In this document: positions 25,258 through 37,947 of the stretch, piece after piece
Layout of the letters: each line of letters begins with the position of its first letter
Position numbering within the stretch: position 1 is the stretch's first letter
From: Patellaria atrata CBS 101060
Lineage: Eukaryota
Direction: 5' to 3'
NCBI GenBank assembly: GCA_010093705.1
Contig: MU006089.1
Location: 1,180,455 to 1,244,454, forward strand
DNA: 64,000 nt
Position numbers and translations under genes: made by a program
Notes under the pieces: generated by a model
The model's database searches: none
What the model was told of the DNA's origin: nothing
The model's input: the letters and a program-made list of their open reading frames with translations, nothing else

Positions 25258-26526
25258 ATGGCTCCGTCCGAAGTTCACCACTTATTTCACAGTCCCATCG
25301 CCGACCATTCGTTTTCTGCAGACCGACAAACTCTCGCAGTAGCAAGGGACAATATTGTGGACCTGTACAAGCGTTCCGGACAGAAGTTTTCGTTGGATGA
25401 TGAATTGAGAGGCCATGATAAGACAGTAACGGGCGTTGACATTGCTCCAAACAGTGGCAAGATCGTAACCTGCTCTCAGGGTGAGCATACAACAACTATG
25501 CGCACATCTCCAACAAACTAATTTACCTTACACTTATAGATCGTAATGCTTACGTATGGGAACCATCTCCATCTGGTTGGAAGCCGACTCTTGTTCTACT
25601 TCGCATCAATCGTGCTGCTACATATGTGCGCTGGTCCCCCTCTGAGGCCAAATTTGCGGTAGGGTCCGGTGCCCGTGTCATCGCTGTGTGCTATTTTGAG
25701 GAAGAAAATGATTGGTGGGTCTCGAAACACTTGAAAAAGCCTATCAGAAGTACTATTACTACAGTTGGTTGGCATCCAAACTCAGTTCTCCTTGGTGCGG
25801 GTTCTACTGATGGTCATGCTCGAGTCTTTTCGAGTTTCATCAAAGGTGTAGATGCTCGCCCAGAACCTTCTGCATGGGGGGAAAGATTACCGTTTAATAC
25901 GGTATGTGGAGAGTTTCTCAATAACACTGCTGCGTGGATCCACGGCACTGCGTTCTCCCCGAGCGGTGATGCACTCGCATTCGCTGCTCATGATAGTAGC
26001 GTGACTGTCGTGTACCCCAGCGCTCCAGAACAACCACCAAAAGCTGTGCTAAGCATAAGTACACAACTTCTACCGTTTACTAGTCTTATCTGGTCTGGTG
26101 AAAACGAGATTATCGCTGCTGGTTATGTGAGGTCCCCTTAGCCTAAACCCTCTAACTTGAGGACTGGATACTTATTGCAATTCGATAGGACTGTGAAGCA
26201 TATCGATTAAAAGGAAACGAGGATGGTTGGCAGGTAGCTGGATCCATTGAGTCAGCAGGACGACCCGGGCTTGAATCACATAGAGAGGAATCTGCACTCA
26301 ATATGTTCCGTCAAATGGATCTGAAGGGAAAGGCAAAAGATGATACACAGCTCAAAACCGTGCATCAGAACACAATTAGTACTATCCGCGCCTTTGAAAC
26401 CTCAGGTTCAGGGGTTTCAAAATTCAGCTGTGAGTTTTGAGTCCTATCATACCCATAGCTGATCGATGACTAACAATGTTTATAGCAAGCGGTGTGGACG
26501 GAAGAGTGGTTGTATGGACTCTCTAG
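25258..26526 (+). CDS. ARC40: Arp2/3 complex subunit 1 (ARPC1/Arc40/Sop2; WD40; 4 exons)
   Basis: 'IVTCSQDRNAYVW..WKPTLVLLRINRAAT', 'CYFEEENDWWVSKHLKKPIRST', 'TVHQNTI', 'SSGVDGRVVVW'. Introns 25481-25539, 26127-26188, 26430-26485. Confidence 0.95.
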
Positions 26527-27376
26527 ATAGAGGTAGTCGAATGTCCTTATTATTCAGTGAGATTCTAGAAATCCAAAGACTCGTGATATAGAGTTAATCT
26601 AGCATCCTTTTGGAAGATACAACATCATCAACATCCTTCGCTCATTACACTAGAGATTGGAAACTGATATCTTAGCTTCCGCAGTTTGATCCCAGGTTCC
26701 ATCGCCTGTGACTACCGAGTGGTAAGCAAGGAAGATCTTATTGTCCAAACTTCACGTAAGCAGACCTCTCCAAAAACCCCCTTTTCTGTGAGAGACGGTC
26801 GCTAACAAAACAGCCCCTAACCATTTATCGATGGGTTTAAAGGTATTAGCCTTAATTCAAAGAAGTCGGGATTATGTCAGATGCCACTACTCCACCCTTT
26901 GTAGGATTTGGGGACTGGGCCGTTAAATCTCTAGAATTCAGGGGCTATATCCTTACTATTCGTCCTGAATGTGGTTCTAGAGGCGTAATGAAATCTGATA
27001 TTACCGGATTTTATGGGTTTCTATTGAAAATTGAGCTTAATGCATTCGGATTATATTTCTAGGAATGTCACTAGAAGCGTAAGGTATGCTCATTTCTAAA
27101 TGAATAACAGAGCTTTTATCACGACTAAATCCCAACCCTAATCTGAGCAAATGAGAGAAAGCCGGCGTTTGTAGCCATCGCGGGCGTGGTGGGCGGTAGA
27201 CCTATGGCGCTATAGTGCTTACATAGTTAGCACACCGAATGTTTGATACCAATAGGTTCTCTAGGAGGCTGTCCTGGTCTTTTGTACTTTAGATAGGCGG
27301 TATTTAGGGATCTTACTGCAGAATGAGATTATTGAAGATAGAACTACGGAGTACACTAAAAGCAGAAAGTATCCAT

Positions 27377-27420
27377 TTGCACGTGCAAGGGTCGGACTTC
27401 CGTACCGATGACGGAGTCAT
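27377..27420. promoter_or_regulatory. Candidate LYS9 upstream elements: palindromic E-box, CGG..CCG pair, Gcn4/CpcA-like TGACTC
   Basis: TTGCACGTGCAA (27377-27388), CGGACTTCCG (27393-27402) and ATGACTCC on the minus strand (27413-27420), about 100-140 bp before the ATG. Confidence 0.4.
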
Positions 27421-27513
27421 TTTCAACTTTTTAAGCTTTAATACCAACGTCTTTGACGGATAATTTTTCGATTCTCAATCATTCAAGCGCTCAAGCCTTA
27501 TACTCAATTCAAA

Positions 27514-28988
27514 ATGGACGCTTTACCTATCCCACTTGGGACTTCTAAAAATGTCCTCGTCCTAGGCGCTGGCTTCGTCACTCGTCCTACCGTCGAGATT
27601 CTCAGCAAAGCTGGTATCAAAGTCACGGTTGCTTGCCGAACATTGGAGAGTGCAAAGAAGCTCTCTGAAGGATTAAGCAACGCTTATCCTATCTCTCTGG
27701 ATGTTAACAATGAAACTGCACTAGATGCGGAAGTTGCGAAGAATGCAGTGGTCGTCTCCTTAATCCCTTGGACATATCACGTAACCGTAATGAAGAGTGC
27801 AATTCGTCAAAAGAAGCATGTAGTTACCACGAGTTACGTCTCCCCAGCTATCCAGGCACTAGACCAAGAGGCCAAAGATGCAGGAATCACGATTATGAAC
27901 GAAATAGGTCTGGATCCAGGTATTGACCATCTATACGCCGTTAAGACCATCGATGAGGTTCACAAAGCTGGCGGCAAGATCACCAGTTTCCTATCATATT
28001 GTGGAGGTCTGCCAGCACCGGAGGACTCAGATAACCCTCTTGGCTACAAATTTTCATGGTCATCTAGGGGTGTTCTTCTAGCTTTGAGAAACCCAGCTAG
28101 TTACTATGAAGACGGGAAAATTGTGAATATCGAATCTAAAGATCTTATGGCCCACGCAAAGCCATATTTCATTTACCCTGGATATGCTTTCGTCGCTTAT
28201 CCAAACCGAGATTCCACTCCATATAGGGAGCGATATAGCATTCCTGAGGCCCAGACGATTGTCCGTGGTACTCTGCGCTTTCAAGGGTTTCCCCAGTTTA
28301 TCAGGGCCCTTGTAGACATTGGTTTTCTCAGCGACGAAGAGAAAGACTTCCTAAAGCCGACAGATCACCCCATCTCTTGGAAAGAAGCTACGGCAAAGAT
28401 AATTGGCGCGACCTCCCGGGCTGAAGAGGATCTAGTCTGGGCGATTTCATCTCAAGCCAAGTTCGAGGATACAGCAGAGAAACAGCGAATCCTCGCAGGT
28501 CTTCGTTGGATTGGTCTCTTCTCCGATGAGGACATTATCCCGCGCGGCAACCCCCTGGACACCTTGTGTGCTACTTTAGAATCCAAGATGAAGTTTGAAG
28601 AAGGAGAACGTGATATGGTTATGCTTCAACACAAATTCGAGATCGAGAACGCAGACGGAAGCAAAGAGACACGTACATCGACTCTTGTCGATTATGGCGA
28701 CCCTAAAGGTTACAGTGCGATGGCTAAGTTGGTCGGTGTTCCTTGCGGTGTAGCTGTTCTCAAGGTGAGTTTTCCCCTTTCGAACTTTCGTTCGGTCGCT
28801 TACAAATATTAGGTGTTAGATGGTACTATCTCAGATCGTGGGGTTGTAGCCCCAATGACGCCAAAGATCAACGATCCTCTGATGAAGGTACACAACCCTT
28901 TTGATACTTGGTGATTATCATGCTAAATGTAGTCTAGGAGCTTAAAGAGAACTACAACATAGTGCTGACTGAGAAGGTTGTCGCATAG
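27514..28988 (+). CDS. LYS9: Saccharopine reductase (saccharopine dehydrogenase, NADP+, L-glutamate forming)
   Basis: 'VLVLGAGFV', 'VACRTL', 'VVTTSYVSP', 'MNEIGLDPGIDHLYA', 'SYCGGLPAPE..NPLGYKFSWSSRG'. Introns 28765-28812 and 28888-28937. Confidence 0.96.
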
Positions 28989-29453
28989 ATACAAGCTCTA
29001 CTATACGTCCGATACGAACCCTTCATTCAGTAGAGTCAAAATGGTATAGATCTTATCCCTACCTTCTGTTTGTTCCTTCGTTTCCCTTTTCAGATCTTGA
29101 AATCGAAGGAAATAGACGTTAGAGCGTACAAGAGGGTGGTAGAGCATACGAAACAAATATCGATGTCTAATGAGCTCACGAAAACTAGCTTCACTTCATG
29201 TATATCAATTGATCCTATTTCGATTATGAATCTTCATGAGTAACCCTTCGCTAATGAATTTACTCCCCTTATTATGTGATATGGCTCTATATGAAAGAAC
29301 TCCATAAGAATGATAGGGTAATACCCATTTTCTCAAAGGAATGAAGAACCTTTCTAGGCATACATATCGAGTTGTTCTTACAAGTTAGGAAGTTCGCTCT
29401 TGCTAATATACCTACGGAGCCCCTAGAACTAGTTATATCTTCTTCATAGACGA

Positions 29454-29529
29454 GGGGGGGGGGGGAAGAGTCCTTGGCAGTTCACAGCGGAAGCGGGAGT
29501 CTTGGTAGAAGAAACGGTAAAAAAAAAAA
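29454..29529 (+). repeat. Homopolymer runs G12 (29454-29465) and A11 (29519-29529)
   Basis: Seen directly. Confidence 0.85.
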
Positions 29530-30294
29530 CCAAATAAGTAAAAGCTACTAAATATATACAGGAAGTCATACCAATTTGATAAAGGAGTTCCGGAATAGAG
29601 GTTCGATTGTTTAAGTGTCTCAACTCTTCATCGGGTACGTCTTGTCCTACGCATCGCTTACAACAGCAACAGCTTAGACCCGTCTTGGGCCTTGGGAATA
29701 TCTAGGCAAGATGCGTACAGTAAGCGTAATTTCATGGGGGAGCGGCCGTTTTGTGGGTGAATCTGGTGAAATCTCCGTAGGATGTCGCCTTAAAAGCCAT
29801 CTGTGCCAAGGGGGAACCAAGGTGCCGCGTGGCGTCTATGATGCTCTCGATATTCACCACCTCTCGTCCCCTTGATCCTCACCCAACAACCAAGACGCCG
29901 CGGTTGTTGATCGAATGGACATGATGTTAGTCCTGTTCCCCGTTATCTCATTTTCTTCTCTTTTCTGTACGTATATAGTAATGTTTGCGAGCTATTCATA
30001 ATTCTACCTAACTCTACTGATTGTTGCGTGACTTCCTGAGAAACTCTTTATCCCGCGTCGTCGTCCCACCTAACCCGTTAACAAGGGTCTCTCACAGCCA
30101 TCCTGGGCAACAATCAAAGTGTTCGCGTCACTATCTTACAAGGCGAGACTCTTCATTGCATTCGCCTTTCGAGATACTCAGATACCTGAGATGCAGTGAG
30201 CTCTCTCACTGTTGATTGTCTCTCTTGGAGACACAATTTACCATATAGGAATCATTCTTCTATACACGCTGACGGCGTAATTTTTGTCGCCAAT

Positions 30295-33200
30295 ATGGGC
30301 TTCCTCGCGCAGACATGGACGCTCACGCGCAAAAATCTGATGATAGTTCTTGTTCGCCATTGGTTCTACACGTCTATAAGAGCGCTATGGGCTCCTATAA
30401 TCTTCGTTAGTCCCCTGACATTGTTTCTGAGCCTTTAGGTTGGTACCGGTATGCTAATGACGAGACCAGATGTTCTTTATCTCTTATGCGAAGAACCTAT
30501 TTGTTCCTCCTGCCAATTTTGGTATTGGCGAGCCAACATCCATAAGGTCATTTGGAAATGCGCTGGGTGCTTCACGACGGAGCACCGTTGTATTTGTGAA
30601 CAATCGGAATACTGGCGGCGAGATCCAGGACTTGATCAACCAACTAGCGGAACCAGTGCGGACCGCTGGTAAAAGAGTAGAAATTGTCGAAAGTGAGGAT
30701 GCTCTGCTCACTATATGTAAAAGTTCGCTGAGAGGGGTTTCTCCATGCTACGGCGCGGCAAGCTTTCTCTCCTCCCCCAGTGAAGGGGAAGGGGGGATCT
30801 GGAACTATACTCTTCGAGCAGACGGTAGTCTGGGTACGAGTGTCTACGTCGACCAGGAGGATAACGATCTACAAGTCTATCTGATTCCATTTCAACATGC
30901 TATAGACTCAGCAATTGCATCTCGCAACAACACTTCTAGCTCTAGTTATGTCGAAGAGTACCCCTTCACTAATAGATCACCTAAAGAACGCCAGGATAAC
31001 ATACGTCGTCTATACATGGGCACACTCATCGATATCTTGGCAGTGGCCTTCTTCATTGGCGTAGTTGGGGTCACCTACCAACTCACAGGGCATATGGCTA
31101 CTGAACGAGAGCTTGGTATGTCTCAATTGATCGAGGCTATGACACCCAATAAACATGTCTGGCAGACGCAAGCTGCAAGACTAATCGCGAACCACCTCGC
31201 TTTCGATATCATCTATTTACCAGGCTGGATCATCATGTCACTCATTGTTAGGGGTTTGGTTTTCCCTCATACTTCCGTCGCCATCATTCTCATATATTTT
31301 GTACTTAGTGGCCTTGCACTTTCAAGTTTCTCCATTCTCGGCGGTGCTTTGTTTCATAAGGCCCAGCTTTCTGGTATCACTTTAGTCATTGCTACTATCC
31401 TACTCGCTATCATTGCTCAGGTCACAGGAGCATCCAGTTCGGGTGCGGTTGCAGTCATGTCCTTGCTTTTTCCACCAATGAATTACGTCTTTTTTATCAT
31501 ATTCTGTGCCCGGTGGGAAAGAAAGAATATGGGCGCTAATCTGGTTGAGGGTGCCCCAGAAAGTCCATGGCAGCTCCCTGGTATTACATTGTGGGTATTC
31601 ACGATCATCCAAATATTCCTCTTTCCGGTTCTAGGTGCTCTTGTTGAACGAACGTTGTACGGGACTGGGACAAGCTCTCGAAGTCTATCCTCTGTCGCAC
31701 CCTCAAGCACTGAATCCGTCAGATTGACTAATTTCTCGAAACACTACGTCCCGGGTTGGTGGTCGCAAAAGATAGGTCCGCTCTTTGGTCGTGAAAGGAA
31801 AGAAACAGTACTCGCGGTGAATGAGCTGTCATTCTCTGCGTTAAGAGGTCAGATTTTAGTACTCCTCGGAGCTAATGGTAGTGGCAAATCTACTACCTTA
31901 GACGGCATTTCAGGCTTAAACAAGATTACTAGTGGTTCTATTGATATTGATGGAACTGGTGGATTAGGTCTTTGCCCGCAAAAGAACGTTTTGTGGGACG
32001 ATCTCACGGTCTTCGAGCATGTGCAGATCTTCAATCGCCTCAAATCCACAGGAAAACGAGACTCTAAGGACGAGATTAAAACCTTGATTCGTCATTGTGA
32101 CCTAGAACTGAAGACTTCAGCTAAGTCAGGCACCTTGTCTGGCGGTCAAAAGCGAAAACTCCAACTTGCAATGATGTTCACTGGAGGTAGTCGAGTGTGC
32201 TGTGTCGATGAGGTATCTTCAGGTTTAGATCCGTTATCTCGCAGGAAGATTTGGGATATTCTGCTTGCTGAACGGGGTGTTCGTACTTTGTTGCTAACAA
32301 CGCATTTCTTGGATGAGGCGGATATCCTTTCCGATCAAATTGTCATACTGTCAAAAGGTAGACTCAAGGCTGAAGGATCCGCAGTCGAACTGAAACATAC
32401 TCATGGCGGCGGTTATCGAGTACATTTATACCATGATCAGTCAAGAAAGCACATATCTGGTCTGTCCAACTACCCTCATAAGGCTTTCTTCGATCAAATC
32501 GTCTATCAATTGGTAGATTCTGCGGAAGCGTCGCGTTTCATCCTCAAACTTGAGGAAGCAGGCGTTCGTGATTACCAGGTTAATGGTCCAACTATTGAAG
32601 ATGTTTTCCTAAAGCTTGCGGAGGAAATCAAGGAAGAGCGTGAGGTATCTAAAAAGACCGGCACTATCGTTCTTTCTTCAGGCAACGAAAAGATCGTAGA
32701 TGCAGAACGTACGATCTCGAAGATGTCATCCCAAGAGGATATCCCACACCATGAAACCGGATTATCTACAGGTAAAGGAACAGGGATGCTTCAACAAACC
32801 TGGATACTTTTCAGAAAGCGTATAACGATTCTGCGGCGCAATAACTTACCATATTTTGCAGCCTTCATTATACCTGTCATTGCAGCTGGACTTGTCACCT
32901 TCTTCATCAAGGGCTTCAATGGTATCACCTGTGATCCACGTGGGTCGACAAATAACCCAGACTTCAGATCTTTTCAATTATTTGGTTCAGAAAGGGAACT
33001 TGTAATCCCTATTGGGCCTCCAGATCGAGTGTCACCGGGAGACCTTGCAGAGCAATTCCAAATAGATGAAGGCGTATTCCGTGTTGTTGATACCATTGAC
33101 GACTTTACCGAATATGTTCGTACTAATTATAGGAATGTCACCCCCGGTGGATTTTTCCTAAGGAACGGTGCTCCTACTTTCGCCTATAAAGCAAACGAAG

Positions 33201-35339
33201 AGGTCTTCTATACTGTTTTCGCACAGAACATGCTCAATAATGCGCTTTACAACACCACTATTTCGACGCAGTTCCAAGAATTCGCTGTACCATTTGCCCC
33301 AGATGCAGGCAAAACTTTACAGATGATTCTTTACTTTGGTCTTGCTATGTGTGCGTTTCCTGGATTCTTTGCATTATACCCAACCGTGGAGCGCTTGCGC
33401 CAGGTCCGTCCTTTGCATTATAGCAACGGAATCAGAGCAGCGCCGCTTTGGCTTGCATATCTTTTATTCGACTTTGTTTTCGTCCTCGCTATAAGTGCCT
33501 TAACCGTCATTATCTTTGTAGCGGTAAGTGGAACAATAGAATACTACTCGTTCGAGGCTAATATGTGCTAGGTTTCAAGCGTCTGGTACTACCCAGGCTA
33601 TCTCTTCGTCGTATTTTTCCTATATGGGCTTGCATCCATCCTTCTAGTCTATGTGGTTTCTTTGTTCTCTAGATCACAACTAGCGGCATTCGCTGTTGCT
33701 GCTGGTGGCCAGGCCAGCTTATTCCTTTTATACTTCATTGCGTGAGTCTCCAGATGTCGTGAATCTGCAATTCTCTCTAACTCAGCATAGATATATGTGC
33801 ATAATCACATATGCACCGACAGATGAGATTGACAACTATGTCACCATCGCGCATTTCACGATTGCGCTTATCACGCCGGCAGGGAATCTCCTACGAGCGC
33901 TACTCTTAACCTTGAATGAGTTCTCTTTGCTCTGCCGTGACACGCAAATTGCATCATACCCAGGTGCAATTAAAGTATACGGTGGACCAATAGTTTACCT
34001 CATTGTGCAGTCCTTCCTCCTCTTCGGAGTCCTTGTGTGGTGGGATAGCGGTTACAAACCGCCGTTCCTTACCCGAACGAAGCATCGCGAAGAACACGTT
34101 GAGGAGTTCGATATCAGCGACCCTGATATTCTCGCAGAGACCCGTCGCGTCAGAGATTCCGACGACGGTCTTCGTGCACTTCATCTCACCAAATCCTTTG
34201 GCAGCAATCCCGCAGTCCAAAATATCAGCTTTGGGGTTCGTGCTGGAGAAGTATTCGCTCTTCTCGGTCCCAACGGAGCCGGAAAATCCACTACAATCTC
34301 AGTCATCCGTGGCGACATTCGCCCATCGTCTAACGGCGGCGATGTACTCATCGAAGGAAAATCTATTCTCAAACGACGAGCGGCAGCCCGCCAATCCCTC
34401 GGCGTATGCCCACAGTTTGACGCAATGGACACCATGACTGTTCTCGAGCACCTTCGCTTCTACGCACGCGCCCGCGGCGTACCAGACGTCGAACATAACG
34501 TCTCCGCCGTGGTGCAAGCAGTAGGACTGGAGCCATTCAAAGATCGCATGGCAGCCGCTCTCTCCGGTGGAAACAAGCGAAAACTGAGTCTCGGTATTGC
34601 ACTCATGGGCAATCCATCCGTTCTTCTACTCGACGAACCATCCTCGGGTATGGATGCCGCGGCGAAACGAGTCATGTGGCGGACGTTATCGTCTCTTACG
34701 AGTGGTAGGAGTCTGTTGATCACGACCCATTCCATGGAAGAAGCGGATGCGTTAGCAGACCGTGCGGGTATCATGGCGAAGAGGATGCTGGCTTTAGGCA
34801 CGTCAAATGCGCTGAGAAAGAAATATGGAGATGCGTGGCATGTGCACTTGGTGCATCGGACGGCACCACACACGTCTCTGGAGGACATGCAAACGATGAA
34901 GGCGTGGGTTGAGCGCAATATCCCTGGCGCTGTGGTCGAGGACCGTATGTTCCACGGGCAACTGCGATTTAAAGTCCCCACATCAGGGTTTGTTGTGGAC
35001 GAGAAGACAGCTACCTCTAGCACCACGGAATCATCAAAGTCGGTTTCAACCCCTGAACAGCTGGAAGTCATCGAACAGCATAAGGCACAGACAGGTATCG
35101 CCTCACTCTTTACGCTGTTAGAGACGCATAAGGATGAGCTTGGGTGCGAGTATTATTCCGTGTCGCAGACGACACTGGATCAGGTCTTCCTGACTATTGT
35201 GGGAAAGCATAATATCGAAGAGGAGAACGCGAGGGAGGAGAAACGGGAGGGGAAAGGGTGGATGAGTAGATTTACGAAAAAGGGAATTGAAGGGCTATCA
35301 TGGTTTCATTCAAAACGGGGAATGGGGAGAAGAAGATAG
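30295..35339 (+). CDS. Full-size ABCA-subfamily ABC transporter (4 exons)
   Basis: 'QTWTLTRKN' start; NBD1 GANGSGKST/LSGGQKRKL/DEVSSGLD; NBD2 GPNGAGKST/GVCPQFD/LSGGNKRKL/LDEPSSGMD; 'QTTLDQVF'. Introns 30406-30469, 33524-33571, 33742-33790. Confidence 0.95.
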
Positions 35340-35599
35340 GAGCTGTTATGTAAATAGCTTGAATGTGCGGTGTGGATCATAGAAAGGGGGGGATTTCTTC
35401 CGTACGTCGGTTAAGATGCAACGGAGCGGAACTGAGGATATGTAGATATCTATGCGATAGACGATAATTTCTTTTCTTCTAACTGCTATACTTATTTCCT
35501 TTCCTCTCTCTTCTATGTTTCCATCATCGGTTTGGCCCAATATATGCGTACAAGCACCGAAAATCAACCCTCCCCGACCCGCTCCAACCAACTAATCGG

Positions 35600-35700
35600 C
35601 ACCAAATGGTCGAGTTGGTTAAGGCGCGAGATTCGGGCACTCCAGACGTTCTACGATCAAATACCATTCTCTATATGCAAGTGTCCGAATGGGATCTAGT
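35600..35700 (+). pseudogene. Degenerate tRNA-like sequence (Leu/Ser-type D-arm), left arm of the foldback
   Basis: TGGTCGAGTTGGTTAAGGCG is a D-arm/A-box variant and ATGCAAGTGTCCGAAT resembles a decayed T-arm/B-box. No acceptor-stem pairing. Confidence 0.45.
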
Positions 35701-35936
35701 CTCCCTTCATTTGCCCAACTTCCACACAACCGACCGTTCTATCTCCCTCGTAGAAACGTGCAATACCAACGCTACTACAGTAAAACCTCCGCGAGGTCCT
35801 CACCCAACTGTTAGAACTAGAACTACAGACCTTACTTTTAGGCCACAAACTCTCTCCGCAAACCTCGCAATCTCCACCGGAGATCGTATTGCCGAGTCGG
35901 GACAGAATCCATCAGCGATGACGCGAAGGGATCTCC

Positions 35937-36037
35937 CGCCAAACCCAATCTGCACACCTGCATACATAGAACAGACGTTTATCGTAGAACGTCTGGAGAC
36001 CCCAAATCTAACGCCTTAACCACTCGGCCATTTGGTG
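35937..36037 (-). pseudogene. Degenerate intron-containing tRNA-like sequence, right arm of the foldback
   Basis: CACCAAA/TTTGGCG acceptor (6 of 7 pairs); perfect A-box TGGCCGAGTGG plus TTAAGGCG; TAGA/TCTA anticodon stem interrupted by a ~30-nt insert with its own 8-bp hairpin. T-arm/B-box is destroyed. Confidence 0.55.
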
Positions 36038-36506
36038 CTGATTGGTTGGTTTACCGGCTTTACTGGAGGATGGATTTGTGTCTGGGGCTTTGATTTTCTT
36101 TCTTTTTTTTCCCCGGTTTTTGGTGCCTTTTGATTTTATTTTATTTTTTGAAGGGGAGGAGATGGGGTTTTTAGCAGTATCGTGATGGGTACGGCGTGTA
36201 TTGGAAATTTGTCGTGATAGTGGCGTGTTTGGACTTGGTGTTGTCGTCAGTTAATACTGGCAGACTTCGGGGCTTTCTTACGTCCTAAGGGAGGACTGTA
36301 GGCTTTAGGTAGGAAGATCTGTAATTTTGTGCGATATTTCAAGGCAAAACGAAATACTTGGTCGAATCTATTGTATTTGCATCTTCAAAGATCCTCATTT
36401 CAAGTACGAAAAGAGCATACTTTACGCTATGGTAACCTACAAGACTCTACATCAGGCCTAGTAAGAAGCCGCAGAAGAATATCTGGATATATATCTCCCT
36501 CCACCC

Positions 36507-37947
36507 CTAAGAGAGCGGGACCATCAAACGATCAACATCCGGCCCCCAACCTCCACTCGCCGAGATCCTAATCTCATTATTCCCCTCCCTCAAATCCGCA
36601 TGCAAGACGCTAGCAATAGGCGTATTCCCATCCGGGCTCGGCACGAACGCGACCCTCTTCGTCTGCCCGTTGACCGAGACATCTGCATACCGCTCCGCAC
36701 TGTTCCCATTGGCGTAATTGATACGGATGGTAGATCGAGTGGCGGCGGAGCTCGAAACCTGCGCAAAGACGGCGGTGCCGGTCTGATCGCCGCCGATGTA
36801 TCCCGCGGCCTTCTTGCCGGAGCACTTCTCGCAGTTGATCGAGCGCGCGCCGTTTGAGAGCGTGGCTGACTCGCCCTCGTATGTCGTCTCGGACGGTCCG
36901 GCCGCCCAGGTCCCCTTGGCTACGTCGAGTTGCCAGTTCACGTAGTTCTTCATCGAGGCTGTGGTGCCTGAGATGCTGAGGGGGAGCCAGACGTAGGTGC
37001 TGCGCATGAGGTTGCCGCTGTGCCAGCGGTCGCCCATGTAGATGATTGTGTCGCCTACCGGGAGGACGAAGGTTGTTTGTGACGAGTAGGTCTTGCTGCC
37101 GCTGTCTGCGAAGGTCTTCCAGCCGGACCAAGGGCCAGACATGGAGGTTGAGGTGCTGTAGATGTTGTCATTGGGGTCCCAACCGGACAGTTTGGAGGTG
37201 AACATGAAATAGACGCCGTTCTTCTTGACTACGGCGGGCGCTTCGTACTTTTCGTTCCAGCGGTAGGTCTCGGATGCGATGGTTAGATAGTCTGCGGAAA
37301 GCTTCATGATGCGAAGGCCATTCTCACGCTGGTATACCTGTTAACTAGAGGACATAAAGGAAGATAGTTGCACACATACATCTTCACTGAGCAAGTAGCC
37401 CGTACCATCATCATCTTTGAATAACCCCATGTCTCTCGACTGGTGACCATTTGGTCGAAAGCCCCCTCTATAAGAATAGCTTCCGCACACGGAGCTTGAC
37501 GTGGCAACACCCGTTTTTGCATCCTTGTAGTCCGAACTGTCGATGTGCATCCACATAACATACTGCTTGGTGTTGGAGTTGTATATGACCTTCGGACGTT
37601 CTACGACCCGGCTAGGTCCTAGATCTCCAGATCCTTGACGCGAAAGTAGTGCGCCGACATACGTCCATTCGATCAGATTGGTGGAGGAGTAGCAGTTAAT
37701 GTTATGGAAAGCAGATCCCTCTGTCTTGTCCTCTCCAATCATATACCAGGTGTTGTCGACTTTGATGATGCCAGCGCCATGAGCTTGGACGTGCTTGCCG
37801 TTAGACTGGACAATTCGTCAGTAGCGATCTGCGATATGATCATTTCTGACTTACCGCAGTCCATGTAGCCCCAGAAACGATTTGGAGGGAAGCTGTAGCC
37901 GTCGCTGCCAGGAGCGCAAGGCAGGCACCACCTAGAGAAGTCCGCAT
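36507..37947 (-). CDS. Secreted GH43 hydrolase with C-terminal CBM35 (exo-beta-1,3-galactanase-like)
   Basis: Signal peptide MRTSLGGACLALLAATATA; 'HVQAHGAGI', 'VVERPKVIYN', 'SRDMGLFKDDDG', 'EAPA', 'YMGDRW', 'YVWLP'; CBM 'TYEGESA..CSGKKAAGYIGG..GPDVDRL'. Two short introns. Confidence 0.92.

Larger units (their letters stand above)
35586..36051. repeat. Long imperfect inverted repeat (foldback): ~120-bp arms around a ~215-bp spacer
   Basis: Left arm AACCAACTAATCGGCACCAAATGGTCGAGTTGGTTAAGGCG...CTCCAGACGTTCTACGAT... matches the reverse complement of ~35925-36051 (AACCAACCAATCAGCACCAAATGGCCGAGTGGTTAAGGCG...CTCCAGACGTTCTACGAT...). Confidence 0.92.

Noticed and set aside
35606..36019. 137-aa ORF inside the foldback
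   Set aside because: No domain or codon signal. It starts within the tRNA-like A-box and is likely incidental.
35600..36037. Functional tRNA genes
   Set aside because: Neither arm has a paired T-stem or GGTTCRA B-box, so both are reported as pseudo-tRNA-like only.
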